Notes under the pieces: generated by a model | Database searches by the model: none | Told to the model about the DNA's origin: nothing | Seen by the model: only the letters and a program-made list of their open reading frames with translations | Made by a program: the position numbers and the translations under genes | Assembly (NCBI GenBank): GCA_035650735.1 | Contig: DASRGZ010000173.1 | Location: 1-64,000, forward strand | Direction of reading: 5' to 3' | DNA from: Chthonomonadaceae bacterium | Lineage (GTDB): Bacteria > Armatimonadota > Chthonomonadetes > Chthonomonadales > Chthonomonadaceae | Length of the DNA: 64,000 nt | Shown: piece after piece, positions 49,237 to 57,923 of the stretch | Numbering within the stretch: the stretch's first letter is position 1 | Layout of the letters: each line of letters starts with the position of its first letter

Positions 49237-49277
49237 TCAGCGCGTCCCTTTCTCGCCAGATTGGGCAGAGCGCGCGA

Positions 49278-49769
49278 TCACAGCACTCCGTCCCTGCCGA
49301 TGCGCCTGTCCTCGAAAATGTTGTCGCCCGGAATCGAAGGGAGCGAAACTTCCAGCACGAGGGCAGGCCCGCCAACCGCGGCGAAGGTGTGCACGACGCC
49401 GGGAGCCATCTGGTAGGTGTCGCCCTCCTGCATCAGAAACTCCCTGTCATCCGCCTCCATCGCGACCGTTCCCTTGACAATGAAGAACGTTTCGTCCTTC
49501 ATTCGGTGCTGGTGGCGCGGGCAGCGCTGATTCTCAAAGAGGAGGAGAAACTTGCCGCAGTAGTTTCGGTCGCGGTCGTTGACGATCCAGTACTCGATCT
49601 CGCCGATGCGGCGAAAATTGCGCAGGCCGAAGTCAATGGTGAGCGGGTCCACGGGAGGCATGGTCAGGCCCCAGTCTTTCAGGATTCGCGCGGCCTCGGC
49701 TAGCGCCTGCGTCCGTTCCTCGCCTTTAATCTCGAAATCCAGCGTCCATTGCGCGTCCGCGTTTCTCAT
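49278..49769 (-). CDS. D-lyxose ketol-isomerase family cupin
   Basis: YCGKFL, QRCPRHQH..KDETF, HTF, EVS; 4-bp overlap with the aminotransferase gene. Confidence 0.85.
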   Translation of the reverse strand: MRNADAQWTLDFEIKGEERTQALAEAARILKDWGLTMPPVDPLTIDFGLRNFRRIGEIEYWIVNDRDRNYCGKFLLLFENQRCPRHQHRMKDETFFIVKGTVAMEADDREFLMQEGDTYQMAPGVVHTFAAVGGPALVLEVSLPSIPGDNIFEDRRIGRDGVL

Positions 49770-51139
49770 GCGTATCCCAATTCCTTTTCCGTCTCGAAGA
49801 TCGCTTCGTCTATGATGTCCATGCCTTTGGCGGCGATCTCTTCGTCCATGATGATAGGCGGAGAGAGGCGCAGGATGTGGCCCGCCGGAATCCAGGCCAG
49901 CCCCTTCTGGAACGCCTTCTGGTAGACCCGCTTCCCGGCCTCGTCGAACGGCTCCTTGGTGGCGCGGTCTTTTACCAACTCGATTCCCAGCAGGCAGCCC
50001 TTCCCGCGCACGTCGCCGATGATCGGGTGCGCCGCCTTCATCTGCTCCATGCGCCGCAGAAAGAACGTCTCCAGTCGCCGCGCGTTCTCCAGCAGCCCTT
50101 CCGCTTCGATAACCTCGATGGAGGCCAGAGCCGCCGCGCAAGCCATGGGATTGCCGCCGTAGCTGGTTGAGGCGGAGATCGCCTCGAACGCAGCCTTGAC
50201 GTTCTCGCGCGCCACCATCGCCGTGACCGGAAAACCGTTGCCGAAGCCCTTGCCGAGCGTGCTGATGTCCGCCACCGTGTCCCAGTGCTCCATAGCAAGC
50301 CAAGTACCCGTGCGGCCCATGCAGGTCAGCACCTCGTCGGCGATGAGCAGCATCTCGTGCCGGTCGCAGAAGGCGCGCAGCTTCGGGAAGAAGTCATCGG
50401 GGGGAAGGATCGAACCGGCCCAGCCCTGTATCGGCTCGACCACGAACGCCGCAAGCTGCCCGGTGGTCACGTTCGCGACGAACTCCTCATAAAAGGCGAG
50501 GTAGGCGTCGGTGTCAATCGTCCCGTCGGCCTTGCGGAAGAGGGCGCGGTAGGGATGGGGGCGGGGAACCAGGTAGAACCCTTCGGCGCGGGCCGGGCCG
50601 TTCACCCGGCTCATCTTCGCCAGGCTGACCGCGTGGCCGGTCTTGCCGTGGAAGTCCATGTAACAACTGAGAAATTCGTGTTTGCCGGTGTAGGCGCGGG
50701 CGGCGCGCAGGGCGGCCTCGACGGCGGTTGTGCCGGAGTCGTAGAGTTGCACCCCGTTGACGCCCGGTGGCAGGACTCCCACCAGCCTTTCCAGCAGCTC
50801 TGCCTTCACCGGTGTGGTGAAGTCGTGGCAGTTCATCAGCGTGCGGGCTGCCCGCGCGATCGCCTCGGAGACTTTGGGATGGCAGTGGCCGAGCGTCGTC
50901 ACGTAGATGCCCGAAGAGAAATCCAGATAGGTGTTGCCGTCCACGTCCTTGAGGACGACGCCGAAGCCCTCCTGGAAACAGACGGGGTGCAGCTTCACCT
51001 GCGAGGAAAGCCCCTGGATGATATGGGAGGCGCGGGCGTGTATCGCCTGCGACTTCGGGCCGGGGCTTTCCGTCACCATATGCGGCACGCAGGCGAAATC
51101 AATCCCCTGCCGCCACCAGGCAGCGCCGTAGGTTGTCAT
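49766..51139 (-). CDS. Class III PLP aminotransferase
   Basis: DVDGNTYLDF, SGT.AVE, FHG, EPIQG, DEV, LGKG, STSYGGNP. Confidence 0.92.
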   Translation of the reverse strand: MTTYGAAWWRQGIDFACVPHMVTESPGPKSQAIHARASHIIQGLSSQVKLHPVCFQEGFGVVLKDVDGNTYLDFSSGIYVTTLGHCHPKVSEAIARAARTLMNCHDFTTPVKAELLERLVGVLPPGVNGVQLYDSGTTAVEAALRAARAYTGKHEFLSCYMDFHGKTGHAVSLAKMSRVNGPARAEGFYLVPRPHPYRALFRKADGTIDTDAYLAFYEEFVANVTTGQLAAFVVEPIQGWAGSILPPDDFFPKLRAFCDRHEMLLIADEVLTCMGRTGTWLAMEHWDTVADISTLGKGFGNGFPVTAMVARENVKAAFEAISASTSYGGNPMACAAALASIEVIEAEGLLENARRLETFFLRRMEQMKAAHPIIGDVRGKGCLLGIELVKDRATKEPFDEAGKRVYQKAFQKGLAWIPAGHILRLSPPIIMDEEIAAKGMDIIDEAIFETEKELGYA

Positions 51140-51265
51140 AAATAGCTCCTCACGTTGCTTGGATAGGTCTGTGATCCAGGCAAAGGCGTTCCTCTAAACG
51201 CATCCTCGCCGTAACTTCGCAGATTTCCAATCGCGGAGAACTGCGGAGTTGCTCTGCGTGGGTGT

Positions 51266-51496
51266 TCAGCGATCCGGAAAAGAGATGCCGGGAACGCCCG
51301 CCGGTTTTGTCGCGCCTGCCGGAGGGGTAGGGGCCGCGTGCGCCCTTCCCCCTCCGAATGCCTTGCGCAGCATCCGCTCCGTTTTCTCGGCATTGGCCCC
51401 GCCAGGGGACGTGCCCTGCCAGAACACGTACCCCAGCACCAGCACAACGACGGTGATGATCAGCGCCACAACCGGCGTCGGAATGTTCACACGCAT
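51266..51496 (-). CDS. Small single-TM protein, partner of DUF1559 gene B
   Basis: RBS GGAGG; IPTPVVALIITVVVLVLGYVFW; Pro/Gly-rich tail. Confidence 0.7.
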   Translation of the reverse strand: MRVNIPTPVVALIITVVVLVLGYVFWQGTSPGGANAEKTERMLRKAFGGGRAHAAPTPPAGATKPAGVPGISFPDR

Positions 51497-51542
51497 TACG
51501 ATCTTACCTCCACACGCTCTCTTGCGCCCTCTCCAACGACCA

Positions 51543-52313
51543 CTAGGGATCGGTATCCCTGAAGTTGGACGTGACCGGCCATCCCAGCCTGGGCCAGATC
51601 GGATCGTAGCACGGCTTTGGCAGCCAGGAGAAGCGCCAGAGCAGCTTATCTACCGGATGGGCCTTAGCATGGCCGTCGAAGAAGACGACGTTCATCTTGG
51701 CATCCGTCTGCCAGCAGGCGTACCAATCGTCCCCACCCACGTAGTCGTTGGGAATGTGCCGGTTGTCATGCCAGGGGACCAGCTCGCTGAACAACTTGAA
51801 CTGGGAGGGATACGCGGTGGTGCTGTCGGTCCAGGGCGAGGGGAGACTGAGTCCCCAGGTGCTGGCCCAGCCGCTTGCCGAGGCAAAGAACTGGTAATAG
51901 TAGGATGAGTATCGCTTGTCCAGCACTATCGTCGGGTCGGCCCCGATATCGCTCGGGCACTTCCAGATCCCATCGTTCTTTATGTAGGGCTGAAGCTGCG
52001 TCTTGAGGCTATACTTCCTTTCGTAGTCGAGCGTCGTGGCATCCGGCGGAGCGCCCACCCCACGATAGTAATCCGTAAAAAGATCAATCGTCTGGAAGGT
52101 AGCCCAGTCTACCGTCGGGAAGGCGCCATCCCAGTCCTGCGTGTACATGAGCGTGGCCAGGCCGAGCTGCTTCATGTTGGAAAGGCAGCTCGTGGCACGG
52201 GCCTGCTCCCGCGCTCTCGCGAAGACGGGGAAGAGGATGGCGGCGAGTATGGCAATAATGGCGATAACGACGAGCAGTTCAATGAGTGTAAAACCACTCT
52301 GCGTTCGTTTCAC
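51543..52313 (-). CDS. Prepilin-type N-methylation/DUF1559 protein B
   Basis: [55 protein letters not shown]. Confidence 0.92.
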   Translation of the reverse strand: MKRTQSGFTLIELLVVIAIIAILAAILFPVFARAREQARATSCLSNMKQLGLATLMYTQDWDGAFPTVDWATFQTIDLFTDYYRGVGAPPDATTLDYERKYSLKTQLQPYIKNDGIWKCPSDIGADPTIVLDKRYSSYYYQFFASASGWASTWGLSLPSPWTDSTTAYPSQFKLFSELVPWHDNRHIPNDYVGGDDWYACWQTDAKMNVVFFDGHAKAHPVDKLLWRFSWLPKPCYDPIWPRLGWPVTSNFRDTDP

Positions 52314-52399
52314 AGCTTTCTCCTTAACTTGCGGCGCCCGGAAAACGGCACATCCGACACGGGAGCGCCCCGACTCCGGCGCATCCCGTGCCGGGTCGG

Positions 52400-52639
52400 T
52401 TACTTCGGTTGCGGTGCGGAGGGTCCGCCTGCCGCTGCTCCCGGGGCGCCGGGAGAGCCGGGGTCGAGCAGGGGACCCGCCGCTTTGGACCCGGGCTTGG
52501 CGATGGTGGCGTTGATCGCCGCCTCCATATCCTTAGCCTGCCGTCCGGGGCCGGTGCCGAAGTAGAGGTAAGCCACCATGATCAAAACCACGACGATGAC
52601 GATGGCTGCTGCGACCCACGGAGGAATCTCTGTTTTCAT
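52400..52639 (-). CDS. Small single-TM protein, partner of DUF1559 gene A
   Basis: [32 protein letters not shown]; Pro/Gly-rich tail. Confidence 0.7.
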   Translation of the reverse strand: MKTEIPPWVAAAIVIVVVLIMVAYLYFGTGPGRQAKDMEAAINATIAKPGSKAAGPLLDPGSPGAPGAAAGGPSAPQPK

Positions 52640-52659
52640 TGTTTACTCCTGCAACCGGC

Positions 52660-53484
52660 CTAGTCCACATCCCAGAAGTTACCGAAGCTATCCGGGCAGG
52701 GTTCGGCCGCGCCCCCGTGCGGCGGAATGCAGCGGGGCCAATGGACGTCGAAGACATGGGCGGACCCGCTGAGCCATCCGAAGTAGGGGAACAGCGATGC
52801 CTGAGAGGTGTAGGTCTTCACGTGGCCGTCCATGAACGTCAGGTTCATCTTGCAATCGGGGAGCCAGGCGTAGGCATCCCAGAAGGTGCCCGCGGCGGCC
52901 GGGTCCTTGCGGAAGTCATGGAAGGGGATGATCTCGGAGAGGATGAACGCCTGCGCCACCTTTTCGGTTGCGGCCAGTTTCACGGCGGTCTTGGCCCACG
53001 ACGGTTGGATCTGGTCCACGTAGCCGGGGGAGAAGGGTATGGATATCGGGTAGAACTTCCAGTGGTACGACGTGAAGCGCTTGCCGACTACGATCCGCGT
53101 ATCTACCCCCGGGTCGCTCGGACAGCCGAAGAGGCCGGCATTCTTGATGTAGGGCATGAACTGAGCCATGTAGGAGGAGGTCCGTACATACTGGGCGGTG
53201 GCGTCATCGGCAATGGGCGCGTGCCCGTTGTAGACCTCGCTGTAGATGTCGTCCGGGATCTGGCGCGCGGCCTCCAGATACATGCAGGGCCAGGTTTCGT
53301 CGTAGTCCTGCACATACATCAACGCGGCCAGGCCGATCTGCTTCATGTTGGAGAGGCAACTCGTTTTGCGCGCCTGCTCTCGTGCCCTGGCAAAGACGGG
53401 GAAGAGGATGGCGGCGAGTATGGCGATAATGGCGATAACGACGAGCAGTTCGATAAGTGTAAAGCCACTCTGTGTTCGTTTCAC
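52660..53484 (-). CDS. Prepilin-type N-methylation/DUF1559 protein A
   Basis: Same N-terminus as [22 protein letters not shown]. Confidence 0.92.
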   Translation of the reverse strand: MKRTQSGFTLIELLVVIAIIAILAAILFPVFARAREQARKTSCLSNMKQIGLAALMYVQDYDETWPCMYLEAARQIPDDIYSEVYNGHAPIADDATAQYVRTSSYMAQFMPYIKNAGLFGCPSDPGVDTRIVVGKRFTSYHWKFYPISIPFSPGYVDQIQPSWAKTAVKLAATEKVAQAFILSEIIPFHDFRKDPAAAGTFWDAYAWLPDCKMNLTFMDGHVKTYTSQASLFPYFGWLSGSAHVFDVHWPRCIPPHGGAAEPCPDSFGNFWDVD

Positions 53485-53539
53485 AGCTTTCTCCTTTTAC
53501 AGCACCCAGAAAAGGGCGCATCAGCGACAGAACAAACCA

Positions 53540-54400
53540 TCATTCTATTTCCTCGTTCTGTCTTTCCACCTCCCTTTGCAGCGCTTCCGTGCCGGCAAGG
53601 ACGACCTCCACGCCGGTATCACGGATAGCCTGCACATCCTCCGGCGACGCACCGATGTCGGTCACTATCGTATCCAACAGACTCAGCGGGCCGACACGGG
53701 CGTAGGAGCATCGACCGAGCTTGGAGGAGTCGCACAGGGCGATCACCCTCGTCGCCCGGTCAATGAACTTGCGTTGCCGGACCGCCTCAGGCGCATCCCG
53801 CTCCGTAATGCCATAGGACACATCCAGCGCGGCGGCCCCGACGAAGGCGATGTCCCAGAACAGCATATCGAGCGCCTCTATCGCGAGGCTGCAATCGGTG
53901 GCGAGCAGTTCCGGCCGAACTCTCCCACCGAGCAGTTCCACCGTGCAGGCCGTCTCCGTTGTCAAGCGGGCTGCTATCTGAACCGAGTTGGTGACGACGT
54001 GTATCGAGGCGTTCGGAGGAATCCGCATGGCGAACGCCTGGACGGTCGTTCCGTCTGCCAGAAACACGGAGCCGGTCTCCGGAAGGAACTCCAGGGCGGC
54101 CTCTGCGATCCACTCCTTTTGCTCCGCGTGCTCATGGCGCACCTGAACATAGGGCAGCCGCGTGAAGGCCGGATCGTTGGCGACGGCGCCGCCGTGCGAA
54201 CGGATTAGCTTGCCTTCTTTGGCGAGCATGGCAAGGTCGCGGCGGATCGTATTGGGACCAACATCCAGCGTCTGAGCCAGTTGAGCCACGTTGGCCGCGC
54301 CGTGACGCTGTACCCAGGCCAATACCCGCCGACGTCTCTCGACGGCGAGGAGCGCCCCGCGCTTCGTATCGCCCTGTGTGTTTGTTTCCCGGATCGCCAT
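53540..54400 (-). CDS. DeoR/GlpR family transcriptional regulator
   Basis: TIRRDL HTH, RSHGGA, VVTNS, LLGG, DSSK, TD. Confidence 0.92.
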   Translation of the reverse strand: MAIRETNTQGDTKRGALLAVERRRRVLAWVQRHGAANVAQLAQTLDVGPNTIRRDLAMLAKEGKLIRSHGGAVANDPAFTRLPYVQVRHEHAEQKEWIAEAALEFLPETGSVFLADGTTVQAFAMRIPPNASIHVVTNSVQIAARLTTETACTVELLGGRVRPELLATDCSLAIEALDMLFWDIAFVGAAALDVSYGITERDAPEAVRQRKFIDRATRVIALCDSSKLGRCSYARVGPLSLLDTIVTDIGASPEDVQAIRDTGVEVVLAGTEALQREVERQNEEIE

Positions 54401-54451
54401 TGCGCCTCCCCGCCAGATGGCATATGCCATTGCCTGCATCAGAATTACCGG

Positions 54452-54480
54452 AATCTAACATATATCATCACGAATGTCAA
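54452..54480 (-). promoter_or_regulatory. Sigma70 promoter of the DeoR-led locus
   Basis: Minus strand TTGACA-17 bp-TAGATT in an AT-rich region. Confidence 0.75.
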
Positions 54481-54722
54481 TAGAATATGGTGAAATTTTT
54501 TAACATCTGGTGAATTATGCGCGATTATGGCCCCAAACCTCGGCGGTGACAGGCTATCCCAGGCGTGAGCGAGTCCGCTTTGGACTCCGAGGGCTCACTT
54601 TTTTCTTGATTCATGGGATCCCATTTACATTTAGAGGAATCCGAAGCGAAAGAGATTAAGACACGAGAACATCCAACCTGGGAGACAGACATGACATTAT
54701 CAGCCCCGAAGAGGTCACGCTA

Positions 54723-55073
54723 ATGGAAGTGCTGGAGCGGACCCGACCTTATGAGGAATTTGTTGCCGTCGTGGAGGCGGTCGTCCGACGGTTGCAGGCC
54801 GAAGGGATCGCCGCCCTCGTGCGAATCCAGTTCTATGCCCACTCCAACTCGACCGAGGTCGGCGCCCTTCTCACCTTTTCAGACCGCAACCAGATCATGC
54901 AGCACATCCAAATGATCACGGACTGGGAAGAGTTCCGGCAGTTCTTCCAGACGGTCAAGCCCCTGGATGTGCGGACCTACGGCAAATTGAGTGAGGAAGC
55001 AGAGGCCTGGATACGTCAATTCGATGTGGTGAGCAAAACCTTTGAGGAGCACGTAGCCGGGTTCGTGCGCTGA
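54723..55073 (+). CDS. Hypothetical protein
   Basis: 116-aa ORF; the RBS-preceded ATG at 54691 is out of frame, so the 5' end may be frameshifted. Confidence 0.6.
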   Translation: MEVLERTRPYEEFVAVVEAVVRRLQAEGIAALVRIQFYAHSNSTEVGALLTFSDRNQIMQHIQMITDWEEFRQFFQTVKPLDVRTYGKLSEEAEAWIRQFDVVSKTFEEHVAGFVR

Positions 55074-55130
55074 AGCCGCAAGGAAGAACGTGATACATTT
55101 AACGAGGCTCAGCGAAGGAGAGAAAAGGGG

Positions 55131-56168
55131 ATGCGCCAAAAACCGGACTTTCCCGAGGAGAAGATAACCGCCTGTCTTCGCACCCAGTATGGCCTCGACG
55201 TCATTTCCGCTCGCTTTCTGCCCATCGGCCATGACCTGAATGCCTTTCTCTACGAGGCGATCACGGCGGAAGGCGTCTCCTACTTCGTCAAAATTCGGGC
55301 CGGAGCCATCCACCCGCCCAGCCTGCTTGTCCCGCGCGCTCTCATTGAGCATGGCATTCCGAACATCCTCGCGCCGCTAACCACCCGGACGCAGGCGCTC
55401 TGGTGCTCCCTGGATAGTTACTCGGTGATTGTCTACCCCTTCATCCGAGGCGAGAACGCGATGGTTGTCGGCCTGACCGACAGCCAGTGGCGGGAATTCG
55501 GCGCCACTCTGAAAGCCATTCACTCTGGCGGCTTTGCTTCGCTGCTGCGTGGGCAAGTGCCTACGGAAACGTTCTCCATTCCGTCGGCCCGGCTAGTCCA
55601 GCGCTTGTCGGCCTGGATACAGGACGCCCGTTTCGATAGTCCGGTGGCTTCGGATCTGGCCTCATTTTGGGCCGAGAAGATGCCTGTAATAGAGCACATC
55701 ATCGCACGCGCGCAGGCTTTAGGAAAACAGCTTCAATCCCGGCCGTTTGAGAATGTCCTGTGTCATGCCGATATTCATCGCGCGAACGTTCTGGTCAGCC
55801 AAGAGGGGCAGATCTACCTCATAGACTGGGACGGTCCTCTCCTGGCTCCCAGAGAGCGGGATCTGCTCTTTATAATTGGTTCCACCATTGCGGGTCGCGT
55901 GGAACCAGGAGAAGAAGAATTGTTCTTTCAAGGGTACGGCGCGGTGGATGTGGATCTCGCCGCGCTGGCGTATTACCGCTACGAGCGGGCCATCGAAGAC
56001 ATCGGTGAGTTTGGACGAAGCGTGTTCCTGGATACAGGTCTGGGGGAAGAGGCAAAGGCAGGTGAGGCGAGGCTTCTCCGCAGTCAATTTGATCCGGGCG
56101 ATATCATAGAGGCGGCTATGGAGGCCGACCAAAAACAGGGCGGGCCTACCTTCTGTGCTCAGGGATAA
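55131..56168 (+). CDS. Aminoglycoside phosphotransferase family protein, APH(9)/spectinomycin phosphotransferase-like
   Basis: FLPIG.D, YFVK, VLCHADIHRAN, IDWD..LLAPRERDLLF, YYRYERAIEDI. Confidence 0.8.
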   Translation: MRQKPDFPEEKITACLRTQYGLDVISARFLPIGHDLNAFLYEAITAEGVSYFVKIRAGAIHPPSLLVPRALIEHGIPNILAPLTTRTQALWCSLDSYSVIVYPFIRGENAMVVGLTDSQWREFGATLKAIHSGGFASLLRGQVPTETFSIPSARLVQRLSAWIQDARFDSPVASDLASFWAEKMPVIEHIIARAQALGKQLQSRPFENVLCHADIHRANVLVSQEGQIYLIDWDGPLLAPRERDLLFIIGSTIAGRVEPGEEELFFQGYGAVDVDLAALAYYRYERAIEDIGEFGRSVFLDTGLGEEAKAGEARLLRSQFDPGDIIEAAMEADQKQGGPTFCAQG

Positions 56169-56266
56169 GAAGGCTCACACTGCGCTGGCATATCCGTTAT
56201 GGTATTATGGTACTGGTATGCTTCTCAACCATATATTCACGGTATGTCCGGTAGCGCTATTCTATT

Positions 56267-56737
56267 ATGGCGACTCTCTTTCTGATATGCGGTTTGCCGG
56301 GGGCAGGCAAAACAACGCTTGCCAGGCAACTGGAGCAGGAACGGCCCGCACTGCGATTATGCCCCGACGAATGGATCACGCAAATCATCGCCGATCCGAC
56401 GGATCAAGCCGAGCTAGACAGGCTGCGCTCGCCGGTGGAAGCCGTACAGTGGGAGGTTGCCACAAGGGCTCTTGTTTTAGGAATCGATGTCGTCCTGGAA
56501 TGGGGATTCTGGTCTCGGGAGGAGCGCCGACATTATCGGGCGCAGGCGGAAGCGTTAGGGGCCTGTGTCGAGCTGCGCTACCTTGAGGTTGGCCGGGAGG
56601 AATTGTGGGCCAGATTGTCGAAGCGCAATGCAAATCTCCCGCCAGGAACCTTTGTCGTCACCGAGGAACAGCTTAATCTCTGGTGGTCGTGGTTTGAGCC
56701 TCCCACCCAGGAGGAGCTTGAATTGAACGCAACATAG
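56267..56737 (+). CDS. AAA_33-type P-loop kinase
   Basis: GLPGAGKT, DEW, VVLEWGFWSREER, FEPP. Confidence 0.82.
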   Translation: MATLFLICGLPGAGKTTLARQLEQERPALRLCPDEWITQIIADPTDQAELDRLRSPVEAVQWEVATRALVLGIDVVLEWGFWSREERRHYRAQAEALGACVELRYLEVGREELWARLSKRNANLPPGTFVVTEEQLNLWWSWFEPPTQEELELNAT

Positions 56738-56773
56738 CATCAAATTGCCAGAATGTGTAAGGAAACAGCCATT

Positions 56774-57763
56774 ATGTCCCAACCGTGCACTGTTCTCCGC
56801 CGCCTGACATTCACTGCGACCTGCGCCGCCCTCCTCGGCGTTGCCGTTGCCGCCGGATGGACGCGCGCCGGCGCGCGCCCGAACCAGGCATCTCTGCCCA
56901 AATCAAAGCCAGCCACTCCTTCTGCCAGTGCCGGAAGTGCTGGCAAAAAGTCGGAGTGGGCGCAGATAAGCGCGGAACGCTGGACGCACGACGACGTAAC
57001 CAGTGTGGGCAGCGGGCGCAACTTCCGCTATGTCGAAGGGGAGACGACCGTTACCGGCGATGCCTTCCGCTATAACAGCAAACAAAAGCAGTTGGATGCG
57101 GAGGGGCATCTGGTTCTGGACGACCTGAAACACCATGTCACGGGCGATAAGGCGACGGTGGATAACAGCCGCAAGAAGCTGGCTATCATCACAGGCCATG
57201 TGGTTCTGGTACTCAAGCCGGAGTCGGAAGCGCAGGGCAGTCCTCCGCCGGGGGCAGTAAAGGGAGCGGTCGGGCTGGCGCCGATAGAGGTGCCGGGCAA
57301 GACGCCTCCGCCCACTGAGGAGAAAGAGGATGCCGGCGCGATTCGGCGGCACGGCGTCACCGCGACCTGCGACCGCCTGGAGGACTACTACCGGAGGAAG
57401 TTCGCCATCCTGCGCGGCAACGTCGTGTTTACACAAAAATATACCGACAAGGACGGTAAGCAGATCGAGCGCACGGCGACCGCCGAGCACGCCGAATACA
57501 ACGGCAAAACGGAAGTTCTCGTGCTCTTCGCGCCGGTTGAGATGCACGATAATCAGGGGCAGGAATTTCACTTCGACCAGAACCTGACCATCCACACGAA
57601 AAAGGGCGAAGAACAAATCTCCAGCCAGGGGAAACTTCAGGGAAAGATCCACGTTGACGAGGAGGATGAGGGGGGCGAGGAAGAGGGCGAGGCGCCCTCC
57701 GCGCCTGCCACCCCCACGCCCTCCCAGCCTGCTCCGCCTTCTCCCACGGGGAAGGGCGGATAA
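56774..57763 (+). CDS. LptA/OstA-like exported beta-jellyroll protein
   Basis: Signal peptide; ISAE, VTGD.., GHVVL, ATCDRL, LRGNVVF, ATAEHAEY. Confidence 0.65.
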   Translation: MSQPCTVLRRLTFTATCAALLGVAVAAGWTRAGARPNQASLPKSKPATPSASAGSAGKKSEWAQISAERWTHDDVTSVGSGRNFRYVEGETTVTGDAFRYNSKQKQLDAEGHLVLDDLKHHVTGDKATVDNSRKKLAIITGHVVLVLKPESEAQGSPPPGAVKGAVGLAPIEVPGKTPPPTEEKEDAGAIRRHGVTATCDRLEDYYRRKFAILRGNVVFTQKYTDKDGKQIERTATAEHAEYNGKTEVLVLFAPVEMHDNQGQEFHFDQNLTIHTKKGEEQISSQGKLQGKIHVDEEDEGGEEEGEAPSAPATPTPSQPAPPSPTGKGG

Positions 57764-57767
57764 GCCC

Positions 57768-57923
57768 AGGCGCCCGGCCCTAAAGGACCGGGCTGTAGGC
57801 GGCAAGCCCGCTAAAGCGGGCTAAGAGAGGTGGGTGAGCCCCTTTCAGGGGTTACAAGAAGGAAGGTTAGCCCCCTTCAGGGGGCTTGCCGTCCGCAGCC
57901 CATCCCTTTAGGGGTGGGCTGCC
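57768..57923. repeat. REP/BIME-like inverted pair between convergent genes
   Basis: Left GCCCGGCCCTAAAGGACCGGGCTG..GGCAAGCCCGCTAAAGCGGGCTAA; reverse complement of right GCCCACCCCTAAAGGGATGGGCTG..GGCAAGCCCCCTGAAGGGGGCTAA. Confidence 0.8.

Noticed and set aside
51543..53484. Diversity-generating retroelement acting on the pilin paralogs
   Set aside because: No reverse transcriptase and no TR/VR pair with adenine-specific differences; similarity is highest at the 5' end
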